15,208 bases of DNA. Source: Pseudobacteriovorax sp. GTDB taxonomy: Bacteria; Bdellovibrionota_B; Oligoflexia; Oligoflexales; Oligoflexaceae. Position 1 is the first letter of the stretch, and each line of letters starts with the position of its first letter. A program made the translations under genes and the position numbers. Below the pieces are notes generated by a model that ran no database searches, was not told the DNA's origin, and saw only the letters and a list, made by a program, of their open reading frames with translations. The stretch is taken from contig JBNKNM010000128.1 of assembly GCA_050293845.1 (NCBI GenBank), forward strand, positions 1 to 15,208. Direction: 5' to 3'. Positions 7,522-15,208 of this stretch are shown here, one piece after another.

Positions 7522-8489
7522 GTTATTTCTCCTTCGTTATCAAGCACGGCCGCAGCTCCAATAAGACCTGGCTGAGGTGCCATAATGATAAAGGTAGCAA
7601 TGTCCCTCAGGTAATGGGAGAACCGCCCTTTATCTTCAAATCTTGTTCTAAAATTGCTGTTCTTTTCAATAAACTCGCAGTACCGGGGTGCTATGCCTCC
7701 CCCAATATAAATGCCACCTTTGGCTCCTGTCTGCAGAGCATAATCTCCGGCTACTGAACCAAGAATTTCAAAAAACATATGGAAGGCTTCTATTGCAACA
7801 GCGTCCTCTTCAGCCAGCGCTCTATCAGCGATGTCATGGGCCGAAAGCTTAGGACAAGGCTTTTCATCAAGTTGTGCCAGAGCTTGGTAAAGCAATTGTA
7901 AACCTGAACCGGACAGTAGACTTTCATTAGAAACAAATCTTAGCTGTTTCTGTAGCAACTGCTTGACTGAATATTCACGATCAGTTACAGGACTAAAACC
8001 TGCATGCCCACCTTCTGTAGAAAGAGGTAAATAACCCGATGAGCCAAGGGGAGCTAGAATTGCGGTTCCCAGCCCCGTTCCAGCCCCTAATACTGACTTC
8101 GTTGCTCCATCCCGCTCAACTCCAGAACCAATCTGATGTTTGTCATCGCGGTCCAAGTGAGGGATCGACCGCGCTACAGCTTCAAAATCGTTGATCACCC
8201 TTAAGGCATCAAGTCCCAACTGTTGCTGTAAACGACGGATAGAAAAAGACCAGTGACTATTGGTGAGATGCACCTCATCAGCCGTAATAGGCGATGCAAC
8301 TGCAAAGCAAGCTTTCTTGGGAGGCACAATGCACTGGGCCATACTTAAATAGTGTTTAACCGCGTCACATAAGGACCGAAAATTTTGACTCGATAGGGTC
8401 TCAATTCCAAAAACCTCAGCACCCTCAACAGTCACTAATCCAAAACGAGCATTTGTTCCACCTATATCGCCTACTAAAAAGTGATTCAT
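7518..8489 (-). CDS. glk: Glucokinase (E. coli Glk family)
   Basis: Motifs GDIGGTNARFGL, INDFEA, GAGTGLG, EGGH and GGIYIGGGI. ATGA overlap with the edd stop. Confidence 0.96.
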   Translation of the reverse strand: MNHFLVGDIGGTNARFGLVTVEGAEVFGIETLSSQNFRSLCDAVKHYLSMAQCIVPPKKACFAVASPITADEVHLTNSHWSFSIRRLQQQLGLDALRVINDFEAVARSIPHLDRDDKHQIGSGVERDGATKSVLGAGTGLGTAILAPLGSSGYLPLSTEGGHAGFSPVTDREYSVKQLLQKQLRFVSNESLLSGSGLQLLYQALAQLDEKPCPKLSAHDIADRALAEEDAVAIEAFHMFFEILGSVAGDYALQTGAKGGIYIGGGIAPRYCEFIEKNSNFRTRFEDKGRFSHYLRDIATFIIMAPQPGLIGAAAVLDNEGEIT

Positions 8490-10309
8490 TGCCTAGCTCC
8501 ATACAACACCGAAGCTCCCTCTTCCGCTCCTAAAACAGAATGACGGAAGTTGACAAAGAGTTCACGCCCTACCCCCCATTGGGATGATATACTTTCCTTA
8601 GGTTGGGCCACTGGTCTCGCCTGCAACTCTTCATCGGAAACTAATAACTCCAACTCTCCATTAATAGCATCAAAGTGAACCATATCGCCATCTCTGATCT
8701 TAGCGATTATTCCACGATTGTATGCTTCTGGGCTAAGATGAATAGCTGCTGGGATTTTTCCCGATGCACCAGACATCCGACCATCTGTCAAAAGTGCTAT
8801 TTTATAACCAAGATTCTGCAACACACCTAAAGGAGGGGTGAGTTGATGTAACTCAGGCATCCCATTCGCTTGCGGACCTTGAAATCGTATGACAACGACT
8901 ACGTCTCGATGTAAGTCTCCTGACTTAAATGCTTCTAGCATGTCTTCGGGAGAGTCATAAACAGCTGCGGGAGCCTGCATCACAAGGTGCTCTTTAGCCA
9001 CTGCTGATGTCTTCATTATGGCTCGCCCTAAGTTACCCTTTAGCAGAGTTAATCCGCCATTATCCTGGAATTGACGACCGCCTGAACAAATAATGCTTTC
9101 ATCTCCAGATTGGGCATTTCCCGATATATGCACAACAGAGCCAGCAGGATCTAAACAGGGACGTTTCGTGTAGTGTTCGATCCCTTGTCCCATAACAGTC
9201 TCCACATTCTCAAACAATAAACCGCGATCAAGAAGCTGCTCAAAAACAATGCTCAAGCCCCCCGACTGTTGAAAGCTATTAATATCTTCATGCCCATTAG
9301 GATAAACACGAGCCAAAAGTGGGACCTGTTCAGACAGTGTCGCCATATCATCCCAGTCAATCAATATACTAGCAGCGCGTGCTATGGCAATAAGGTGTAT
9401 GGTAAGGTTTGTTGAACCGCCTGTAGCCAGGAGCCCCACGATACCATTGACAAGGGACTCAACTGTAACCAGTTTATATAGAGGTAAATACCGACTACCC
9501 CGTATCGTTCGTTTGGCAATCAGCTGGGTACCATAGCGAGTCAAAGCATCACGTAAAGGATCACTGGGATTGATGAAGGAAGCCCCTGCTACATGCAGTC
9601 CCATAAATTCCATAAGCATTTGGTTACTGTTCGCCGTTCCATAAAAGGTACAAGTGCCAGGACTATGGTAGGACTTAGACTCGACCTCTAACAGCTCTTT
9701 ACGCTCGATTTCTCCTTTGGCATACTTTTCCCGAGCCTGCGATTTTTCCTTGTTACTAAGTCCGGTCATCATGGGGCCAGCCGGTAGGAATATACCAGGT
9801 AGATGACCAAAACTTAATGCTCCGATGAGTATTCCCGGAACAATTTTATCGCAAGTTCCTAAAAAGACAGCTGCATCAAACATATTGTGGGAAAGAGCAA
9901 TGGCCGTACTCAAAGCGATAGTGTCACGACTGAATAAGCTCAATTCCATCCCCACCTGTCCTTGGGTTACGCCATCACACATGGCGGGAACCCCTCCAGC
10001 AAATTGCGCTACTCCGCCCAAGGCGGCAACAGCGTCTTTAATGATTCCAGGAAAACGATGGAAAGGTTGATGGGCAGAGAGCATTTCATTATAAGCTGAG
10101 ATAATAGCAAGATTAACACAGTCTTGCTTTAAAGCCTGCTTTTGCACCTCAGGACAAGCCGCCATACCATGAGCGAAGTTTCCACAAGATAGGGACTTGC
10201 GAGCGGGGAATTGTTCATTGGCGGCATCCATTCTTTTTTCATAATCGGCACGCAAATTGTGACTTTTCCGTGCTATACGATCACGGACCTTGATGATTGC
10301 TGGATTCAT
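8486..10309 (-). CDS. edd: Phosphogluconate dehydratase
   Basis: Motifs YNEMLSAHQP, AGGVPAMCDGVTQG, CDKIVPG, PGTCTFYGTANSNQ, GMPELHQLTP and TDGRMSGASG. ATG at 10309 has AAGGGG upstream and avoids overlap with pgl, unlike the ORF-track start at 10360. Confidence 0.97.
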   Translation of the reverse strand: MNPAIIKVRDRIARKSHNLRADYEKRMDAANEQFPARKSLSCGNFAHGMAACPEVQKQALKQDCVNLAIISAYNEMLSAHQPFHRFPGIIKDAVAALGGVAQFAGGVPAMCDGVTQGQVGMELSLFSRDTIALSTAIALSHNMFDAAVFLGTCDKIVPGILIGALSFGHLPGIFLPAGPMMTGLSNKEKSQAREKYAKGEIERKELLEVESKSYHSPGTCTFYGTANSNQMLMEFMGLHVAGASFINPSDPLRDALTRYGTQLIAKRTIRGSRYLPLYKLVTVESLVNGIVGLLATGGSTNLTIHLIAIARAASILIDWDDMATLSEQVPLLARVYPNGHEDINSFQQSGGLSIVFEQLLDRGLLFENVETVMGQGIEHYTKRPCLDPAGSVVHISGNAQSGDESIICSGGRQFQDNGGLTLLKGNLGRAIMKTSAVAKEHLVMQAPAAVYDSPEDMLEAFKSGDLHRDVVVVIRFQGPQANGMPELHQLTPPLGVLQNLGYKIALLTDGRMSGASGKIPAAIHLSPEAYNRGIIAKIRDGDMVHFDAINGELELLVSDEELQARPVAQPKESISSQWGVGRELFVNFRHSVLGAEEGASVLYGARQ

Positions 10310-10319
10310 AACATCCCCT

Positions 10320-11015
10320 TCAGTTAGACCAAAAAACTTGCAAAGGATTTTCACGGTCAAGCAAGTACCTTATGGGAGACTTGGTACTAGTATCTGCGGC
10401 TATCTGTAAAAAAGTGCGCAATTTTTCAACACCCGCAATTTGCAGAAATATGCGCCGGGAGTTTTTCAGAGCTCTTAATGTTAATGTCATCCGAGCATAG
10501 GGGGAGGTAAGGGGAGTGATCCCTCGGCACATTAGCTTATCTTCCTCGATGACTTCTTGAAATTGAGCAGCACATGGAAACAAAGATGCTGTATGGCCGT
10601 CTAAACCCATTCCTAACACAAGAAGATCGAATGGCAAAGACATCCGATCCTCTATCTCCTTATGGCTAAACTTTTCCGCCGTAAATGGGCTGTCATCATG
10701 ATTTTTTAACCCTACAAATTGAGCCTTAGCAGCGTAGTTTTGCAAAAGATTCTCATGCACAAGACGCTCGTTACTGAACTCATGATCGGTGGCAACCCAT
10801 CGATCGTCAGCAAGGGTTATCATAACTTGAGACCAAGGAATTGTCTGCTGAGATAAGAGCTGAAATAAGCGTTTTGGTGTACGGCCACCAGACACAACCA
10901 GACTTGCCTTTCCCCTCTTTTGCATGGCTAAAAGCAAGTCATCGATCATCATGTCGCATAAGAGTTGATCCCTCTCCTCTGCGCTGGAAAATTTTTTTAA
11001 ATGATAGCTAATCAT
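10320..11015 (-). CDS. pgl: 6-phosphogluconolactonase
   Basis: Motifs VSGGRTP, DDRWV, SNERLV, LGMGLDGHTASLFP and RMTLT. ATG at 11015 overlaps the zwf end; 11030 is an alternative start. Confidence 0.95.
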   Translation of the reverse strand: MISYHLKKFSSAEERDQLLCDMMIDDLLLAMQKRGKASLVVSGGRTPKRLFQLLSQQTIPWSQVMITLADDRWVATDHEFSNERLVHENLLQNYAAKAQFVGLKNHDDSPFTAEKFSHKEIEDRMSLPFDLLVLGMGLDGHTASLFPCAAQFQEVIEEDKLMCRGITPLTSPYARMTLTLRALKNSRRIFLQIAGVEKLRTFLQIAADTSTKSPIRYLLDRENPLQVFWSN

Positions 11016-12480
11016 GCCAGGTTCTCCCATCTCGAGCTATTAACGTTGAGGCTTTCTCCGGCCCCCAACTTCCCGCAGCATAGGGTTCAGGCTGCTCTGC
11101 AGAAATGCTCCACCCTTCCAGAATGTTATCCGTCCAGCGCCAAGCTGCTTCCACTTCATCCCGTCGCATAAAAAGGGTTTGATTGGCACGAAATACATCC
11201 AACAGCAAACGTTCGTAGGCTGCTGGTGTCCGGGGATTGTCGAAGGCTTTGGTCAGACTCAAGTTCAGGGGAACAGCTCGCAGTTTCATCGATTCTTCCA
11301 AACCAGGAACCTTATTCATCATGACTAGCTGAATACTTTCCTCAGGTTGCAAGCGAATAACGAGTTTATTAGCGCAGATAGTATCCTGTTCTGATTTAAA
11401 AATGGAGTGAGGAATTGATTTAAATTGAATAACGATTTCTGAGTAACGCACTGCCATACGCTTGCCTGTCCGTAAATAAAACGGGACTCCGGCCCAGCGC
11501 CAATTATCAATTTCAGCGCGAAGAGCAACAAAAGTTTCTGTATGGGAGCCACTTCTATCACCTTCAACGGAATAGCTCGCTACACTTTCGCCCTCAATAA
11601 CCCCTTCCTGATACTGCCCTCTGACAGTGTTCTGCCTGACTTGGTCACAAGGAATATCCCTCAGGGAGCGTAAAACTTTGAGTTTTTCATCGCGAACCGC
11701 ATCAGCATTTAAGGTGCTAGGCGGTTCCATAGCGACAAGACACAGGAGTTGTAGTAGGTGGTTTTGCACCATATCTCTGAGCGCTCCTGCTTTATCATAA
11801 TAAGACCATCGAGACTCTACTCCTACAGTTTCAGCTACGGTGATCTGTACGTGATCAATGGCAGCCGAATTCCATAAGGGTTCAAATAGAGTATTGGCAA
11901 ACCGAACCGAAAGCAGATTTTGAACAGTTTCTTTACCTAGATAATGATCAATGCGATAAATTTGCTCCTCATTAAGGTACTTGGCAAGCTCGTTATTTAT
12001 GGTTTGTGAGGACACAAGGTCTTCCCCAATCGGTTTTTCTAGAGCTATTCTCGTTTTAGGGGTGATCAGGTTAGATTTGAATAAATTATCGCACAAACTG
12101 GCAAATAGTGATGAAGAGGTTGAAAAGTAGTAGATGCATTCACTTGCTGCACTAGTGGCACAAACCTCTGCTATATGATGAAAGGTTTCCAACTCCTTGG
12201 CATCGACCATGGTGTAACGAAGTTTCTTTCTAAATAATTGCCAATCTTCGTCACAGATTTCTTCCTCGTCAAGATTGACTCTTAAACCTTCGTAGACCAA
12301 AGATACATATTCTTCAGTGGTGAGCCGGGTGTGAGATGCACCAATAATGTAGCCCTGTATTCCTAAGTGCCTGTTCTTAAAAAGCCTATATAGGGATGGT
12401 AGCAACTTCCGGATGGCAAGGTCTCCATTGCCACCAAAAAGTACTATATTGAACGGTTCTAACGAAGCTGAAAAAGCCAT
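11008..12480 (-). CDS. zwf: Glucose-6-phosphate 1-dehydrogenase
   Basis: Motifs GGNGDLAIRKLLPSLY, EKPIG, RIDHYLGKETVQN, DMVQNHLLQ and WAGVPFYLRTGKR. Confidence 0.98.
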   Translation of the reverse strand: MAFSASLEPFNIVLFGGNGDLAIRKLLPSLYRLFKNRHLGIQGYIIGASHTRLTTEEYVSLVYEGLRVNLDEEEICDEDWQLFRKKLRYTMVDAKELETFHHIAEVCATSAASECIYYFSTSSSLFASLCDNLFKSNLITPKTRIALEKPIGEDLVSSQTINNELAKYLNEEQIYRIDHYLGKETVQNLLSVRFANTLFEPLWNSAAIDHVQITVAETVGVESRWSYYDKAGALRDMVQNHLLQLLCLVAMEPPSTLNADAVRDEKLKVLRSLRDIPCDQVRQNTVRGQYQEGVIEGESVASYSVEGDRSGSHTETFVALRAEIDNWRWAGVPFYLRTGKRMAVRYSEIVIQFKSIPHSIFKSEQDTICANKLVIRLQPEESIQLVMMNKVPGLEESMKLRAVPLNLSLTKAFDNPRTPAAYERLLLDVFRANQTLFMRRDEVEAAWRWTDNILEGWSISAEQPEPYAAGSWGPEKASTLIARDGRTWHD

Positions 12481-12542
12481 CCTTTTTCCCTATTATATAC
12501 GCAATCTTAGTAGCAATTATCCGATTCAGCAGATTTGGTCAA

Positions 12543-12554
12543 TGTAATATTACA
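12543..12554. promoter_or_regulatory. Candidate HexR operator 1 (TGTAATATTACA)
   Basis: Perfect 12-bp palindrome in the zwf-hexR divergent region, abutting a minus-strand TTGACC -35-like hexamer (12537-12542). The half-sites resemble known TGTAAT...ATTACA HexR boxes. Confidence 0.65.
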
Positions 12555-12603
12555 AGAAAAACTGCGCATTACCTTCATTAGAAAGAGGCAGTCCTTATTT
12601 TTT

Positions 12604-12615
12604 CGTAATATTACA
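12604..12615. promoter_or_regulatory. Candidate HexR operator 2 (CGTAATATTACA)
   Basis: Second copy of the GTAATATTAC core, 61 bp from the first. Confidence 0.6.
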
Positions 12616-12795
12616 CATTTTTGGTTACAAAATAGTTTTTCATCTGCTATTATCATTCAACTATGAATGATTTCCCCCTAATTGATGCAATACATTTTGT
12701 AACACCACATGAAATAAACGAAAAAATGGCTTGTCTTGCAAGCATTTTGTTAGCTATATACGGCAAATTGCAAAACAGGACTTTCACTGCAAGGA

Positions 12796-13671
12796 GTGGG
12801 TACCATTAATATCTTACAAAAAATCAGTAAGTCTAGAGCCTCGTTAAGCAAATCAGAATTAAAAGTTGCCGACGTAGTTCTCGCAGACCCTAATACTACA
12901 ATTAGATCAAGTATTGCAAGCCTGGCTCGCTCAGCTGAAGTGAGCGAACCTACCGTCAATCGGTTTTGTCGTAGTTTAGACTGTAGTGGATTTCCCGACT
13001 TCAAGTTGAGGGTTGCCCAAAGCTTGGCAAACGGAACTCCCTATGTCAACAGTAACGTGGAACCCCATGATACCGTAGAGGATTTTGCGGTCAAGATCTT
13101 CGAAATGACCATGGCAAGTTTGGAAGATGCAAGAAGTAACTTGGATTTTAAGCTTATCGGCCGCGCTGTAGACGCCCTAGCCCAGGCAAAAAAAATTGAG
13201 TTTTATGGCTTAGGAGCCTCAGCATCGGTAGCCATGGATGCACAGCATAAATTTTTCCGTTTGAACACTCCTACTGTGGCATACACAGATATTATGATGC
13301 AAAGGATGTCAGCTGCCTCCACCAGCCGGGGGGATTGCATCGTCATCATCTCCTATACAGGCCGCACCATTGCCACAATTGAAGCCGCCCGTCTAGCACG
13401 GGAAGCAGGAGCGACTGTCATTGGGATTACAAACCCCAACTCCATGCTAGCTTCTGGATGTAATATTGTTTTGGGTGTCGAAACTGCAGAAGATACCGAT
13501 GTCTATACACCCGCCATTTCACGATTGGTACACCTTACCATTGTTGATGTCCTGGCAACCGGTGTCACCCTTCGACGGGGGCCAGAATTTTTAGATCATC
13601 TAAAGCGGGTTAAAAATTCTCTTGTAGATACGCGATACCGCAAAGATGTACCTCCTCACCTGCAAAATTAG
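12796..13671 (+). CDS. hexR: HexR transcriptional regulator (RpiR family HTH plus SIS domain)
   Basis: Motifs SKSELKVA, VSEPTVNRFCR, GFPDFKL, FYGLGAS, DAQHKFFR and ISYTGRT. Divergent from zwf. The start codon is uncertain (GTG 12796, CTG 12787 or ATT 12805). Confidence 0.95.
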   Translation: MGTINILQKISKSRASLSKSELKVADVVLADPNTTIRSSIASLARSAEVSEPTVNRFCRSLDCSGFPDFKLRVAQSLANGTPYVNSNVEPHDTVEDFAVKIFEMTMASLEDARSNLDFKLIGRAVDALAQAKKIEFYGLGASASVAMDAQHKFFRLNTPTVAYTDIMMQRMSAASTSRGDCIVIISYTGRTIATIEAARLAREAGATVIGITNPNSMLASGCNIVLGVETAEDTDVYTPAISRLVHLTIVDVLATGVTLRRGPEFLDHLKRVKNSLVDTRYRKDVPPHLQN

Positions 13672-13710
13672 CAGTTCGTGTGCAACTTTGTTGCACACGA
13701 ACTGCTAATT
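13666..13710. repeat. Perfect 21-bp inverted repeat with 3-nt loop; probable terminator between convergent genes
   Basis: AATTAGCAGTTCGTGTGCAAC-ttt-GTTGCACACGAACTGCTAATT, overlapping the hexR stop codon. Confidence 0.9.
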
Positions 13711-13741
13711 CAGTACTTTTGCTAGAATCTACTGCATAAGA

Positions 13742-14794
13742 TCATTCTGGAATTAGTCCCTGTACTTTCCATAACTTTCCAGCAGTTGTGATATAGAGAA
13801 GATCACCCTTGTCTCCTCCAAATGTTACATTAGTTACATTATCCTGCAGCTGTAATTCTTGGATAGTCAATCCATTAGGATCAAGAACCACTACTTTTTG
13901 ATCAGTATGAACAGTTGCATAAATATTTTCCTGACAATCCTGAGCCATACCATCGATGCCAGAAGATAATATGGCAAATATTGCAGGAGGTGCCGTGGGT
14001 AATCCTTGACTATCAAGGGGATAGCGATAAATAGCCCCATCGCTGGAACTTACGAAGAGCCGTGATTCGTCGGGGCTTAGTAGTACCCCATTAGGTTGGA
14101 GAATGGTTTCTCCTAATGGCACCAGCTCGTTGTGATTATAAAAGTAAATCCGCGTCACTGGCTGGCCCGGACGCGTTCCCCGTTGGTAATTAGGGTCGGT
14201 AAAGTAGATTCCTCCATCTTTTCGTAAAGTCAGATCATTTGGCGAATTAAATGGCAGATCATTGTAAGTCGCAACAAGACTCTCCCTTGCACCGGTTTCA
14301 ATATTGACTCTTGCGATTTCCTGACGATCATGAAACGCACCATAAAGATATTGATTGCCGTCATTTTCTAAACCATTTGTGCCGTTTATACCTTTATCAC
14401 TAAAAATCGAACAAGCATCAGCGTTGCACTGCAAAATAGCTGAAGGAGGCCCAGCTCCTGCATCTTCGTTAACATCCCATGCAGAAAGATATAGTCTTTT
14501 TTTTGTAGAATGCCAGGTCGGCCCTTCCAGAAAATTAAAACCGTTGGGGATGAGCACTTCTTGTAGTGAGTCAATAAGAAGAATCTGGCCAGTTACCTCT
14601 TTAGGACAGACTGTTTCAGGCTCTACCGTTCGTTCTGTTTCTTCTACGACAGCTCCAGCTTCCGAAATAGAGCCCAATCTACCCTGCTCCTGAATCACCG
14701 CATCACGCCTATCTTCAAAGTGCCGACTTCTGCAGGAAAGTAACAGCAATACAATACTGACAACCAAAAAACAGTTCCCATGGAACCTCTTCAT
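13742..14794 (-). CDS. SMP-30/gluconolactonase/LRE family beta-propeller lipoprotein
   Basis: Motifs FLEGPTW, GTNGL, FNSPNDL, YFTDP, QPNGVLLSPDE, DGMAQD and TNVTFGG. Lipobox LLSC follows a hydrophobic stretch. ATG at 14794 has a GGGGAG RBS. Confidence 0.9.
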   Translation of the reverse strand: MKRFHGNCFLVVSIVLLLLSCRSRHFEDRRDAVIQEQGRLGSISEAGAVVEETERTVEPETVCPKEVTGQILLIDSLQEVLIPNGFNFLEGPTWHSTKKRLYLSAWDVNEDAGAGPPSAILQCNADACSIFSDKGINGTNGLENDGNQYLYGAFHDRQEIARVNIETGARESLVATYNDLPFNSPNDLTLRKDGGIYFTDPNYQRGTRPGQPVTRIYFYNHNELVPLGETILQPNGVLLSPDESRLFVSSSDGAIYRYPLDSQGLPTAPPAIFAILSSGIDGMAQDCQENIYATVHTDQKVVVLDPNGLTIQELQLQDNVTNVTFGGDKGDLLYITTAGKLWKVQGLIPE

Positions 14795-15208
14795 CAACTC
14801 CCCCAATTTATCCAGATATGAATAATGAACCTGTGGGTTACTTCGGCAAAAAAATCATCCTCATTAACAGCTTTGTCTTGTGGTTTGATGCGCTTTTCAC
14901 TGCTGTTCACACTTCGGTGAAGAATTGAGAGAGTTCTCTGCACATTAATTTCATACCAAATTTGGTACGTTAGTGGTTTATAGCAAAAAAAGTAGCAATT
15001 TCGCCAAACTTTTTCGACACATTATCTTGAACATGGCTCAAGGAGGCTAACAGAATATACCCACAAGCTGCCAATGATATAACTTAACTCTTCAGATCTC
15101 GGTTACATCGCTGCTCTCAAAAATAGATGAGCTATAGTAATCCAGATAATTTTTTTGGGTTTTAAGCCTTTGCAGAAGCGGCTTCCAATTTCTTAAACTT
15201 CCCGAAAA

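Noticed and set aside
7491..14693. Short ORFs 7491-7757, 9825-10070, 11325-11567, 12750-13004, 14355-14693 and 14386-14574
   Set aside because: Antisense or alternate-frame shadows of well-conserved enzyme and regulator genes.
15092..15208. Possible 3' end of a minus-strand gene entering from the right edge
   Set aside because: Two frames are open from the edge (38 and 14 codons) and neither is recognisable, so I cannot choose between them.
1..15208. CRISPR array, tRNA/rRNA, transposase or integrase
   Set aside because: No regularly spaced direct repeats, cloverleaf or rRNA-like segments, or recombinase motifs were seen.

Overview
Bacterial chromosomal window with three parts. (1) Left, 1-2982: a LeuD-type isopropylmalate dehydratase small subunit, a convergent CysH/APS-reductase-like ORF that has lost most catalytic motifs, and a GT-B glycosyltransferase of the DUF3524/GTDC1 (QTMAN)-like type. 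(2) Middle, 3193-6544, AT-rich: three co-oriented genes for exported proteins. These are an acidic, beta-rich secreted protein, a membrane-anchored protein that looks like the N-terminal beta-domain plus helical domain of vitellogenin/MTP-type large lipid transfer proteins (LLTP), and a small Cys-containing secreted protein. (3) Right, 6862-14794: a complete Entner-Doudoroff operon (zwf-pgl-edd-glk-eda, minus strand), a divergent hexR with two identical palindromic operator candidates, a perfect 21-bp inverted repeat, and a lipoprotein of the SMP-30/gluconolactonase family. The best candidate for an undescribed system is the 3193-5807 gene pair, hypothesised to be a split, two-chain bacterial LLTP-like lipid capture or transfer module. 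No rRNA, tRNA, CRISPR array or transposase was seen. All family calls come from reading motifs by eye; no database search was run.
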